From an uncultured Sphingomonadaceae bacterium (lineage in GTDB: Bacteria > Pseudomonadota > Alphaproteobacteria > Sphingomonadales > Sphingomonadaceae): 64,000 nt of DNA. Shown in pieces: positions 29,750 through 38,276 of this stretch (its first letter is position 1; every line of letters begins with the position of its first letter). The stretch covers positions 597-64,596 of the forward strand of contig CAZYAL010000005.1 in the NCBI GenBank assembly GCA_964645635.1. The letters run 5' to 3'. The notes beneath the pieces are model-generated. The model was not told where the DNA came from. It did not search any database and saw only the letters and a list, made by a program, of their open reading frames with translations. A program made the position numbers and the translations under genes.

Positions 29750-29767
29750 CGACAGGAAGCGGACACG
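29750..29767 (-). promoter_or_regulatory. candidate Pho box upstream of pstS
   Basis: Minus strand reads CGTGTCC-GCTT-CCTGTCG, two TGTC-containing 7-mers 11 nt apart. TAAAAA lies about 8 nt downstream. A further CTGTCAC sits at 29784-29790. Confidence 0.3.
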
Positions 29768-29816
29768 CATTTGCTCACCAATTGTGACAGGCTTGTGTCT
29801 GTTTCCGCAAGTGTCG

Positions 29817-31196
29817 TCAGAAATCAACCTGTCCACGGACACCAAAGACGTCTGCCCCAAATGAGGAGCTGCCGCCGGGCAGGGTGAAGATAGCGTTGTC
29901 ATATTCAAGGCGACCGTAGTTCACCATGAAACGCGTGTAGTCGGTCGGGACCCAGACCAGCGAAGCGAGATAGCCATCCTGCGAACCACCGACGAAGGGG
30001 CCATCGGTCAGGTCGAGGTGATCGAATCGCACCACGGCCTGGATCGCACCGATACCGCCTTCATCCACCGGGTTGGCTGGGCGTGTGCGGTCAAACTTGC
30101 CGCCCTTGTAACCGCGGCTATCGCCGGGCGTCAGGAAGTAGCCGACTTCGGCATAGGCACCGAAGAAGTCCGGGCTCGGGCCAACGGGCATGTCGACGCT
30201 CTGCCAGAAGGCTTCGCCAACTGCGTGGAACGGACCATTGATCACCGCTGCTTCAACACCCATGCCGAATTCGCTGTCAGCCGCGATACTGCCGGTGTTG
30301 ATAAGGCGTTCGGAAGTGAAGTGCACCAGCGGACGCTGGCGATAGCGCGTGGTGCTGCCTGATTCGAGCTCGGTCAGGTGGACAGAGCCGCCAAGGTGCA
30401 GGCGGGTATCGCCCATCTTCGGTGAGAAGACAGCACGGCCATCAAGGCTCCAGCTCTTGCCTGGCAGGTCACCGATATTGTCGGTGAATACACCGGCCTG
30501 GATGCGCACGTCACCCTTGGCGTATTCGGCAGACAGGCCGAGGCGGCGTTCGAAGCCGAATGCGTCGGTAAAGGCCGCGCGCTCGATAAACGAGGAGAAG
30601 CGGCTGCTGGTCAGCTCTTCAAGCGATTGGAAAGAGTTGTGCTGGCCAGCGGTCAGCTTCACGTCGCCTGCCTTGTAGGTAAGGATCGCGTCGGTGATTT
30701 CGGCCGAGTTGCCGGCAAAGTCTATCTCGAACTTGTAGCCGAAGCCGCCCGGGATATCGCCGGACAAGCCAATGCGGGCACGGCGCATTTCGCTGCCGAA
30801 GCCTTCGCTGCGACCGATGGCATTGGGCAGGTTTACAGTGCCGGCATCCATCATCAGCCGGCCAAACGGTTTGAACGACCAGCCACCAGGGCCTTCGATT
30901 TCCGGTGCGCCAGCAAATTTGATGGTCACGCCATCGTCTTCAACAGGTGCCGGGATCGAGGCTGCGGTTGCTTCGATTGCCGTTGCGTTCACGGCCACTG
31001 CTGCCTGCGTTGTTTCGGATTCCTGTTCCATTTCGCCGAGGCGGTTAGACAGCATGTCCACCTGTGCCTGCAGCATTTCAACCTGCGCACGCAGGATGCT
31101 CAGTTCATCTTCCTGTGCATGTGCAACAGCAGGGGTAGCCAGCGCAGTGCTGGCAGCGAGGAGGGTAATCAGTTTCTTTTTCACGGGACGCTCCAT
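29817..31196 (-). CDS. phosphate-selective porin (OprO/OprP family); true start may be GTG 31184
   Basis: Signal peptide KKKLITLLAASTALATPAVAHAQ, coiled-coil segment, then beta-barrel-like alternating sequence ending in F. Embedded in the Pho cluster. Confidence 0.78.
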   Translation of the reverse strand: MERPVKKKLITLLAASTALATPAVAHAQEDELSILRAQVEMLQAQVDMLSNRLGEMEQESETTQAAVAVNATAIEATAASIPAPVEDDGVTIKFAGAPEIEGPGGWSFKPFGRLMMDAGTVNLPNAIGRSEGFGSEMRRARIGLSGDIPGGFGYKFEIDFAGNSAEITDAILTYKAGDVKLTAGQHNSFQSLEELTSSRFSSFIERAAFTDAFGFERRLGLSAEYAKGDVRIQAGVFTDNIGDLPGKSWSLDGRAVFSPKMGDTRLHLGGSVHLTELESGSTTRYRQRPLVHFTSERLINTGSIAADSEFGMGVEAAVINGPFHAVGEAFWQSVDMPVGPSPDFFGAYAEVGYFLTPGDSRGYKGGKFDRTRPANPVDEGGIGAIQAVVRFDHLDLTDGPFVGGSQDGYLASLVWVPTDYTRFMVNYGRLEYDNAIFTLPGGSSSFGADVFGVRGQVDF

Positions 31197-31227
31197 TTTG
31201 TCCGGAATGTGACAATCTGGGGGCGCA

Positions 31228-31259
31228 AATATGTCCGCTGCTTTACAGTTTTGTGACGC
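31228..31259 (-). promoter_or_regulatory. candidate Pho boxes upstream of the porin gene
   Basis: Minus strand reads GCGTCACAAAA-CTGTAAAGCAG-CGGACATATTT, three 11-nt phased repeats resembling CTGTCATAAAA. Confidence 0.45.
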
Positions 31260-31325
31260 CTGCTCCCAATTGTGTGAGAAATTGCCGTTTTACGGATGGA
31301 GAAAACGCCAGCGGCGCTGTTCGGG

Positions 31326-32507
31326 TCAGCTGCTGACGGTTGGGAAACGCACAGTGACGGTGGTTCCGAGGCCTTGCTTGCTCGAAATATCGAGTCGCCC
31401 GCGGTGGCGTTCGACAATGTGTTTTACGATCGCGAGGCCAAGTCCGGTGCCGCCAGCGGCCCGACTGCGACTAGGATCGGTGCGATAAAACCGGCGGGTG
31501 AGGTGCGGCAGGTGCTCAGGTGGAATGCCTTCGCCGCGATCCTCTACCGTCAGCACCGCCATGTCACGCTCGTCAAAGCGCAAGCCAACCGTCACATCAG
31601 TGTCTGCAGCGCCATATTTAATTGCATTGTCCACGAGGTTGCGAACAAGCTGTTCAAGTTGGCGCACGTCACCGCGGATCGCGATGTCGTCGGATGTCAG
31701 TTCGAACTTGACGCGGGCAAACCTCTCCGGCCCGGCGCCGTCGCGCGCGGCCTTTTTAGCCAGTTGCAGCAGGTTTACATGCTCGCTGGGTTGGTCGTGC
31801 TTTTCTGCTTCGACCCGGCTCAGCGACATCAGGTCATCAACCAGCGATTGCAGGCGCCGCGATTCCTTCAGCACGGTGTCATAAAAGCGGGCAACTTGCT
31901 TGGGGGGCAAAGCGTCGCCTTCATCCACCAACGTCTCCATGTAACCGATAATGGAGGCGAGGGGGGTGCGCAGCTCATGGCTGGCATTGGCCACGAAATC
32001 GGTATGCGCACGGCTGATATCGGCTTCGGAAGTGCGATTGACCAGTTCGATAAGGCTATAACGCTCGTCGATATGCTGGATGGACATCTGCCATGAACTG
32101 CGTGGGCCGGTCAGCCCCTGTACATTGGCGGAACCGCCTTTTTCACGGCTGAGCAAGTCCACCGCCGCAGGGTGACGCAGCGCGACGCGCGCGTCCTGGT
32201 CAACGATATGCGCGCCGATCACCTCGCGCGCGGCCTTGTTGGCAACGATGATGCGATTGTTGTCCAGCATCAGCATGGGAAGGCCGGAATGTTCGATCAG
32301 ATCACGCATGCCCGAATGGGTCAGTTGCACGCCTTCGAGTACTGGGGGCGGTGCTTCTTGTGGCGGTGGCACCGCAAGCCAGAAAGAAGCGCACCACACC
32401 AGCATTACGACGCCGACGATCACGAGGTTGATGCCTTCGAACGCCAGCACTACGCCGGTCAAAACTGCGATCGCTATGCCGCCAAATGGGATATGCCGCC
32501 GGTCCAT
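31326..32507 (-). CDS. phoR: phosphate regulon sensor histidine kinase PhoR
   Basis: Two N-terminal TM helices, PAS-like segment, H-box HELRTPLASIIGY, G-boxes. ATG 32507 preferred over TTG 32528. Confidence 0.88.
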   Translation of the reverse strand: MDRRHIPFGGIAIAVLTGVVLAFEGINLVIVGVVMLVWCASFWLAVPPPQEAPPPVLEGVQLTHSGMRDLIEHSGLPMLMLDNNRIIVANKAAREVIGAHIVDQDARVALRHPAAVDLLSREKGGSANVQGLTGPRSSWQMSIQHIDERYSLIELVNRTSEADISRAHTDFVANASHELRTPLASIIGYMETLVDEGDALPPKQVARFYDTVLKESRRLQSLVDDLMSLSRVEAEKHDQPSEHVNLLQLAKKAARDGAGPERFARVKFELTSDDIAIRGDVRQLEQLVRNLVDNAIKYGAADTDVTVGLRFDERDMAVLTVEDRGEGIPPEHLPHLTRRFYRTDPSRSRAAGGTGLGLAIVKHIVERHRGRLDISSKQGLGTTVTVRFPTVSS

Positions 32508-32560
32508 CGCGGGTTGCCATAACTGCAAGATGCAGGCTGTTCCACTGTGAAAAGTGGTAA

Positions 32561-32577
32561 GTCACAAGTTATGACAG
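32561..32577 (-). promoter_or_regulatory. candidate Pho box upstream of phoR
   Basis: Minus strand reads CTGTCAT-AACT-TGTGACT. Lies 3 nt downstream of the tRNA-Glu(CTC) 3' end and about 55 nt before the phoR ATG. Confidence 0.4.
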
Positions 32578-32579
32578 AT

Positions 32580-32654
32580 TGGTGACCCCTACGGGAATCG
32601 AACCCGTGTTTCAGCCGTGAGAGGGCCGCGTCCTGACCGCTAGACGAAGGGGCC
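32580..32654 (-). tRNA. tRNA-Glu (anticodon CTC)
   Basis: Reverse complement is GGCCCCTTCGTCTAGCGGTCAGGACGCGGCCCTCTCACGGCTGAAACACGGGTTCGATTCCCGTAGGGGTCACCA. Anticodon loop CTCTCAC. Confidence 0.95.
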
Positions 32655-32694
32655 GAAGCCGATATTCCATAGGTTTGGGATAAATCCGCACCGC

Positions 32695-32769
32695 TGGTGA
32701 CCCCTACGGGAATCGAACCCGTGTTTCAGCCGTGAAAGGGCCGCGTCCTAACCGCTAGACGAAGGGGCC
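32695..32769 (-). tRNA. tRNA-Glu (anticodon TTC)
   Basis: Same 75-nt sequence as the neighbouring copy except the D-loop (T for C) and anticodon loop CTTTCAC. Confidence 0.95.
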
Positions 32770-32788
32770 ATCTGCGGTGCGAGCGGGG

Positions 32789-32817
32789 CAATTAGGGGGG
32801 CAATTCATAACGGTCAA
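32789..32817 (-). promoter_or_regulatory. sigma70-like promoter for the tRNA-Glu pair
   Basis: Minus strand has TTGACC (32812-32817), 17-nt spacer, TAATTG (32789-32794), about 20 nt before the first tRNA. Confidence 0.35.
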
Positions 32818-32850
32818 GCCCTCGCGGCAGCTAAATCGCACAAAATGATG

Positions 32851-34635
32851 TTAATCCGCCCAGGCCGCGTCTTCCAGGTGGAGTTCGGCAGCAGGACGTG
32901 CGCCCCAATCATCGATCTTCGCGCGCCCGGCTAGATAGAGTTTGCGGCCGCGCGATCCATGCAGCAGCGCCTGCCCCATATCGGTTTCGGCAGCGCGGAA
33001 GGCGATGGCCTTCAGCGAGCGTCCATCATCGCCCGCCACGATCAGGCGCAGGTGATCTGTGCCCACGATATCGGCCTTCACGATTCGTACCGGTCCCACG
33101 GCAATGCGCGGCCCAGGCCAGCCCACGCCGAAGGGGCCGGCCCGCTCCAGCGTCTCAACAAGGTCCGGTGTCAATCCGCCGGGAGCCAGTGACAAGTCCA
33201 GTTTGAGCACGCGGTTGGCAGATGCCTGCGCGACGATCGCGGCGAGCCGCTCATCCAGCCAGTCACCAAAGGCATCCACCTTGGCAGCTTCGATGGTGAG
33301 GCCTGCCGCCATGGCATGTCCGCCGCCTGCCACCAGCAGGCCCGATTCGCGCGCGCCGATGATCGCTGCGCCAAGATCCACGCCGGAAATCGAGCGGCCC
33401 GATCCCTTTCCCTGGCCGCTTTCCTCGTCGAGTGCGATGACGATGGATGGCTTGCCCGTCTTTTCCTTGATGCGTCCGGCAACGATGCCGATCACGCCGG
33501 GGTGCCAGCCTTTGCCGGCAACGAGATGCACGGCGCGGTTATGCTGCGCCGCGAGTTGTTCCTCGGCTGCTTCCTGTACTGCCGCTTCGATTGCCCGTCG
33601 TTCCTCGTTTAGGGCCGAAAGTTGCTCGGCAATGGTGCGTGCTTCCTCCGGATCTTCTGTAGTGAGTAGGCGTACCCCCAGTGTCGATTCGCCCACGCGG
33701 CCACCAGCGTTGATCCGCGGGCCGAGCGCAAATCCACAATCGCTGCAGGTGGGGGAACGGTTCAGCCGCGATGCGTCGATCAGTGCGGACATGCCAGTGT
33801 TGCGGCGATGCGCCATGACCTTGAGGCCTTGTGCCACGAAGGCACGGTTCAGCCCGCGGATGGCGGCGACATCTGCCACGGTGCCCAGCGCCACAAGGTC
33901 CAGCAGGGCGAACAGGTCCGGCTCCTGGCGGTCCTTGAAATAGCCTTGTTCGCGCAGTGTGCGGGTAACGGCGACGGCCAGCAGAAAGGCCACGCCTACG
34001 GCTGCGAGGTGGCCGTGAGATGCAGCTATGTCGTTCTCGTCCAGGCGGTTGGGGTTCACCAGTGCCAGCGCACGCGGCAGTTCGGGCGAACACTTGTGGT
34101 GATCAACAACGATTACATCCACACCTGCATCATTGGCAATGGCGAGGGCTTCATGCGCCATTGCGCCGCAGTCCACGGTAACGATCAGGCTGGAGCCTTG
34201 TTTGCCAATCCTGACAAGAGCTTCCCCCGATGGCCCGTATCCCTCCAGCAACCGGTCCGGAATATAGTATTCGGCATCATGGCTGAGCATGCGAAGGAAG
34301 CGGATCAGCAGGGCTGAACTGGTGGCGCCATCCACATCGTAGTCACCATAAACGGTAACCTTTTCCGAACGCAAAATTGCTTCACTTATCCGCTGGGCGG
34401 CCAGGTCCATGTCACGGAATTGGGATGGGTCCGGCAAGAAGCTTCGCAAGCTGGGGTCACGATGGATCGCCAGGTCTTCGCGAGGCGCGCCTCGGGCCAG
34501 CAGCAGTTGGTCCACAACATCATTTCCGCTGGTATCCAGCGAGGAGGACAACTGCATATTGCCACCCAGCCACTGCCAGGTCTTGCCGCTCAGAGAATTG
34601 GCGACACCAAGAACGTAAGAAGCGTTTTGCATCAC
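32851..34635 (-). CDS. recJ: single-stranded-DNA-specific exonuclease RecJ
   Basis: DHH motifs (VYGDYDVDGATS, VTVDCG, VVDHH) and DHHA1 (GGGHAMAAG). Confidence 0.92.
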   Translation of the reverse strand: MMQNASYVLGVANSLSGKTWQWLGGNMQLSSSLDTSGNDVVDQLLLARGAPREDLAIHRDPSLRSFLPDPSQFRDMDLAAQRISEAILRSEKVTVYGDYDVDGATSSALLIRFLRMLSHDAEYYIPDRLLEGYGPSGEALVRIGKQGSSLIVTVDCGAMAHEALAIANDAGVDVIVVDHHKCSPELPRALALVNPNRLDENDIAASHGHLAAVGVAFLLAVAVTRTLREQGYFKDRQEPDLFALLDLVALGTVADVAAIRGLNRAFVAQGLKVMAHRRNTGMSALIDASRLNRSPTCSDCGFALGPRINAGGRVGESTLGVRLLTTEDPEEARTIAEQLSALNEERRAIEAAVQEAAEEQLAAQHNRAVHLVAGKGWHPGVIGIVAGRIKEKTGKPSIVIALDEESGQGKGSGRSISGVDLGAAIIGARESGLLVAGGGHAMAAGLTIEAAKVDAFGDWLDERLAAIVAQASANRVLKLDLSLAPGGLTPDLVETLERAGPFGVGWPGPRIAVGPVRIVKADIVGTDHLRLIVAGDDGRSLKAIAFRAAETDMGQALLHGSRGRKLYLAGRAKIDDWGARPAAELHLEDAAWAD

Positions 34636-34899
34636 ACCCGGTTACCGATTCCAATTCCGGTGGGGAACCCCGCGGCAGCCCAAAAGAAGCCGATTGTTCA
34701 AGTATATCCATTGATTTGGTACCATTTTCGATCCGCCACCTTGCCTTGTCGCAAATTTTGCATAGGCACGTAAGGCTTGAGCGAGGAGTACAAACGCCAA
34801 GCGCAAGGGATTGAGTAGATTACACCTGATACGCGCCCTGCCAGCCCTTGGCTGAAAAACGCCGTCATACTGCTCTTTGCGGTAGGCGAGCGGCCTGGC

Positions 34900-35589
34900 G
34901 TGCGCGAAATGCAGGCACTTTCCAGCAAGCACGGGCAATTCGCGGTAACGCTGGGGTGCAAGGATCCGGATGAGCCTGACCAGTGGGCGGAATTGCTCGC
35001 CAATGGCCTGACCTTCGATTTGTCGGGGCTTTCACCAGGTCATGCGAGCCGCATTCCTGCAGGCCTTGACCAGAAGTTCGGTTTTGAGAGTGAGTTCGAC
35101 CTTGGCGCTTGTGAAGGCCTCGCGCTGGCTCCCGGTCCGCACCTTGTCAGTGGCGGGCCGATGATACCGGTGTTGCGTTGCCTTGCATGGCTGACTGCGG
35201 AATTGGCAGCATTGAAACATTTGCAGGCAATTGCCTGGCCAGCTGCGGGTTCAATCTGCGAACCGGAATATTTCCGTGACGCCGTAACCCGTTGGTTGGG
35301 GGAGGGGGCTTTCCCCGGTTTTGGCCTCACCAGCCTGATCGAACAGCCGGATGGGGCGATGCGCAGCCGCGGGCTCGCACTGTTCACCGGACAGGAATTG
35401 CTGCTGGATGTCGACCTTGCGCAAGATCGGACGCAAGGCGCCAAGGTGGCACTTCGCTTGCTCCACTGGCTTGTCGAAAGCGGCAAGATTGAAGAGACCA
35501 TGACGCTCACCGGGCCAACGGGTGACACTTTGGTATTGGAGCCGAATGAAGATCAGGGCATTGTCGCTGTGTCGAGAGGTTCGCGCTAA
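34900..35589 (+). CDS. hypothetical protein, no recognisable domain (GTG 34900 or ATG 34909)
   Basis: 229-aa ORF with coding-like composition and no stronger overlapping ORF. Function unknown. Confidence 0.5.
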   Translation: MREMQALSSKHGQFAVTLGCKDPDEPDQWAELLANGLTFDLSGLSPGHASRIPAGLDQKFGFESEFDLGACEGLALAPGPHLVSGGPMIPVLRCLAWLTAELAALKHLQAIAWPAAGSICEPEYFRDAVTRWLGEGAFPGFGLTSLIEQPDGAMRSRGLALFTGQELLLDVDLAQDRTQGAKVALRLLHWLVESGKIEETMTLTGPTGDTLVLEPNEDQGIVAVSRGSR

Positions 35590-35633
35590 CCGGGCCACGT
35601 TCGCCAAGGGCGAACGCGGGGTATTCCAACACC

Positions 35634-35999
35634 TTGCGAGTGAAGATTCCATTTAGTTCAGTAAACAAACCGGGCAAGCCGGGATACCAGAAGGGCATGC
35701 AGCGGCACTACCTTTCGCCCTGCCAGTTGCTAGGCAATCGCCAGTTTGCGCAATTGCTCGATCACATCGGACGCGATCGGATCGGCTTTGATGACTTTCG
35801 CTTTAACGGGTTGTTGCTGCCTTCGGTTGAAACGGCAGCCGTTGTGCTTGGTCTTCCGCTCCACCGTGGGCCGCACCGGCAATATAACGAAGTCGTCAGC
35901 GCACGTGTTGCTCAGATCGAAGGGGACTGGAACGCCCGCCGCAAGCAGGATGAGGACCTTGCTGCCGAAGAGGTGATGATGCGCATGCGTTTGCTTTAG
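35634..35999 (+). CDS. AHH-type HNH/EndoVII nuclease-like protein. Ends at an in-frame TAG, and the frame stays open to TGA 36150-36152
   Basis: Motif order RHYLSP ... GFDDF ... NGLLLP ... LPLHRGPHRQYN fits the AHH nuclease pattern, with RHY in place of AHH. Start uncertain (TTG 35634, GTG 35640 or ATG 35697). Confidence 0.5.
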   Translation: MRVKIPFSSVNKPGKPGYQKGMQRHYLSPCQLLGNRQFAQLLDHIGRDRIGFDDFRFNGLLLPSVETAAVVLGLPLHRGPHRQYNEVVSARVAQIEGDWNARRKQDEDLAAEEVMMRMRLL

Positions 36000-36275
36000 G
36001 CGGCACTGCGGCGAAACCTGCTGCAACCTGCAAGGCCGCGTCTGCAGCTCAACCGTTGTGACCCGCTGGGACAGGACGTGGATTTCGCCGAACTCCATGC
36101 GATGGCGGATGTATTGTGGGCGGATACCGGTAAGTATATGGCGCAAGGCTGATTGTCTCAGGCCGTTTCCTTCAGCTTCTCATAGGCTTGTAACAGCCGC
36201 AACTGCCGCTGCGCCAGCTGGCTGATTGAGCGCACAAGAGAGCTAATCTGGCGCGCAGTTTGCTGGCCCGGGCGG

Positions 36276-36307
36276 CATTACCTGCTCGTGGTTAAGCGCA
36301 GGTAATG
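36276..36307 (-). terminator. perfect 10-bp hairpin just past the leuA stop (no clear U-tract)
   Basis: CATTACCTGC (36276-36285) pairs with GCAGGTAATG (36298-36307). Confidence 0.35.
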
Positions 36308-36311
36308 TTAC

Positions 36312-38000
36312 CTAAGCGGCCGGAAACGATGCTGCGGCATTGGCAGCAGACAGGATCGCACGCACGCTGGCGGTGGCCACGTCCTCGTCAATTCCCACAC
36401 CCCAGACCACGTCGCCGTTCGGAAGCGCGCACTGGGCATAGGCAGCAGCCTGTGCATCGGTGCCCGCACCCAGCGCGTGTTCGGAATAATCGAGCACATC
36501 GAGTTCTACCCCGAAGGATTCCTTCAGTGTGGCGGCAACCGATGAGATCAGGCCCTTGCCACGGCCGGATACGCTTTGTGCCTGTCCGTCAACTTCGATC
36601 GTGCCAGCGAAGAGGCGGGTGCCATCGCTGCCCTTGCTTTCCTCGAAATCGACGAGGCGGAAGTGGCGCTTGTCCACTTTCACGTAATAGGCCTGCTTGA
36701 AGCAGGTCCAGATGTCAGCGGCATTCAACTCGCGGCCCAGTTCGTCAGCCATAACCTGAACGTGGCGGGAAAAATCGGCCTGCAGCTTCTTGGGCAGTTT
36801 CAGGCCCTGGTCCTGTTCCAGAACCCAGGCAAAACCGCCTTTTCCGCTTTGTGAATTGACGCGGATGACGGCTTCATAGCTACGGCCGAGATCCGCCGGG
36901 TCGATCGGCAGGTAAGGCACGCGCCACAATTCGTCGTTACGCGCATCCTGTGCCTCAAAGCCCTTCTTGATTGCATCCTGGTGGCTGCCAGAGAAGGCTG
37001 TGAACACCAGTTCCCCGCCATAAGGATGGCGCGGGTGCACGGGCAGCTGGTTGCAATATTCGACTGTCTCGATGACCTTGTCGATATCGCTGAAGTCCAG
37101 CCTGGGATCGATGCCCTGCGTGTAAAGGTTCATCGCCACTGTCACCAGGCAGCAATTGCCGGTGCGTTCGCCATTGCCGAACAGGCAGCCTTCCACGCGG
37201 TCCGCGCCCGCCATGATGCCCAGTTCCGCTGCGGCAACGCCGGTACCGCGGTCATTATGCGTGTGCAGGCTGATTACTGCGCTCTTACGATTGGGCAGGT
37301 TGCGGCAGAAATATTCGATCTGGTCCGCATAGATATTGGGCGTTGCTGCTTCCACCGTGGCGGGCAGGTTCAGGATCACCGGCTGATCGGGCGTCGGCTG
37401 CAACACCTCCATCACCGCTTCGCAAACCTCAAGGCTGAAATCGAGTTCGGCGGTGGAGAAGGTTTCCGGCGAGTACTGGAAATGCCAGTCCGTATCAGGG
37501 CGCTTTGCCGCTTCGTCACGCAGCAGCTTGGCGCCATTGATGGCAATCTGGCGCACCTCGTCGCGGCTCATGCGGAACACGATGTCGCGCCATGCCGGGC
37601 TTACTGCATTGTAGAGATGGACAATCGCTTGCCTAGCGCCTTCGAGGCTTTCGAAGCTGCGCTTGATCAGATCCTCGCGAGACTGGGTGAGAACCTGCAC
37701 GGTCACATCGTCAGGGATGGCGCCGGAACGCACCAGGCCGGAGATGAAATCGAACTCGGTCTGGCCCGCGCTGGGGAAGCCGACCTCGATCTCCTTCACG
37801 CCTACTTCTACAAGCAGGTCGAAGAAGCGCTTCTTCTTCACTCCGTCCATCGGATCGATGATGGACTGGTTGCCGTCACGCAGGTCTGTGGAGAGCCAGC
37901 GGGGCGGGGCGGCGATGGTGCGCGATGGCCACTGCCGGTCAGGCAAGTTCACCTGCGGGAATGGCTGGTATTTGCGGCTCGGATCTTTGAGCATGGACAT
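36312..38000 (-). CDS. leuA: 2-isopropylmalate synthase (long form)
   Basis: 562 aa. Blocks [20 protein letters not shown] and a LeuA dimerisation/regulatory C-terminus. Confidence 0.95.
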   Translation of the reverse strand: MSMLKDPSRKYQPFPQVNLPDRQWPSRTIAAPPRWLSTDLRDGNQSIIDPMDGVKKKRFFDLLVEVGVKEIEVGFPSAGQTEFDFISGLVRSGAIPDDVTVQVLTQSREDLIKRSFESLEGARQAIVHLYNAVSPAWRDIVFRMSRDEVRQIAINGAKLLRDEAAKRPDTDWHFQYSPETFSTAELDFSLEVCEAVMEVLQPTPDQPVILNLPATVEAATPNIYADQIEYFCRNLPNRKSAVISLHTHNDRGTGVAAAELGIMAGADRVEGCLFGNGERTGNCCLVTVAMNLYTQGIDPRLDFSDIDKVIETVEYCNQLPVHPRHPYGGELVFTAFSGSHQDAIKKGFEAQDARNDELWRVPYLPIDPADLGRSYEAVIRVNSQSGKGGFAWVLEQDQGLKLPKKLQADFSRHVQVMADELGRELNAADIWTCFKQAYYVKVDKRHFRLVDFEESKGSDGTRLFAGTIEVDGQAQSVSGRGKGLISSVAATLKESFGVELDVLDYSEHALGAGTDAQAAAYAQCALPNGDVVWGVGIDEDVATASVRAILSAANAAASFPAA

Positions 38001-38116
38001 GGCTAGAAGCCCTTATCGCTTATTGCGCGCACGGCAAGGCCTGTGCGCTGAATTTGACTGTGATGTAACCCCTTAGGCGGGTTGCCCGTGCGCCGCGCGC
38101 AGGGCCATTGCCACGC

Positions 38117-38176
38117 CTAAGGGCGTGTAAGTCGAAGCAGCGATAGGAACGTGCGACTGTGCATGGTGAAATCCAT
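38117..38176 (-). promoter_or_regulatory. candidate Leu-rich leader peptide upstream of leuA
   Basis: Hand translation gives MDFTMHSRTFLSLLRLTRP* (4 Leu in 6 residues). Its stop lies inside CCCTTAGGCG, which is complementary to two downstream segments. No clear SD. Confidence 0.25.
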
Positions 38177-38215
38177 ATTGGCACAAGATTGGGGAAAGTC
38201 CAGTCCGCGCCTGAC

Positions 38216-38256
38216 AAAAGCGCGCAGCCTCATGAGAGGCCGCGCGCTTTTTCAAG
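38216..38256. terminator. strong bidirectional rho-independent terminator after the yceI-like gene
   Basis: AAAAGCGCGCAGCCTC-atga-GAGGCCGCGCGCTTTT, a 16-bp stem with 1 mismatch and T-runs on both strands. Confidence 0.6.
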
Positions 38257-38276
38257 CGATTGATCGCTGTTCGGGC

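Noticed and set aside
27228-29864. 467-aa and 346-aa plus-strand ORFs (27228-28631, 28824-29864)
   Set aside because: They are antisense to pstC and pstS. Their translations are dominated by R, G, H and D runs, whereas the pst genes on the other strand have unmistakable motifs.
32580-32850. Tandem 75-nt repeats as a possible CRISPR-like array, and tRNA-adjacent integration hotspots (also at 849-925 and 9995-10079)
   Set aside because: The repeats fold as complete tRNA-Glu genes. No integrase, attachment-site direct repeat of a tRNA 3' end, or foreign-looking gene block flanks any of the four tRNAs.
35730-36146. 138-aa minus-strand ORF
   Set aside because: It is antisense to the AHH-like gene and its in-frame continuation. 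The plus-strand frame carries the recognisable motif series.
36981-38006. 341-aa plus-strand ORF
   Set aside because: It is antisense to leuA, with no motifs. The same holds for 44898-45968 and 46167-47222 (antisense to purL), 42025-42978 (antisense to ilvB) and 59038-60288 (antisense to glyA/nrdR).
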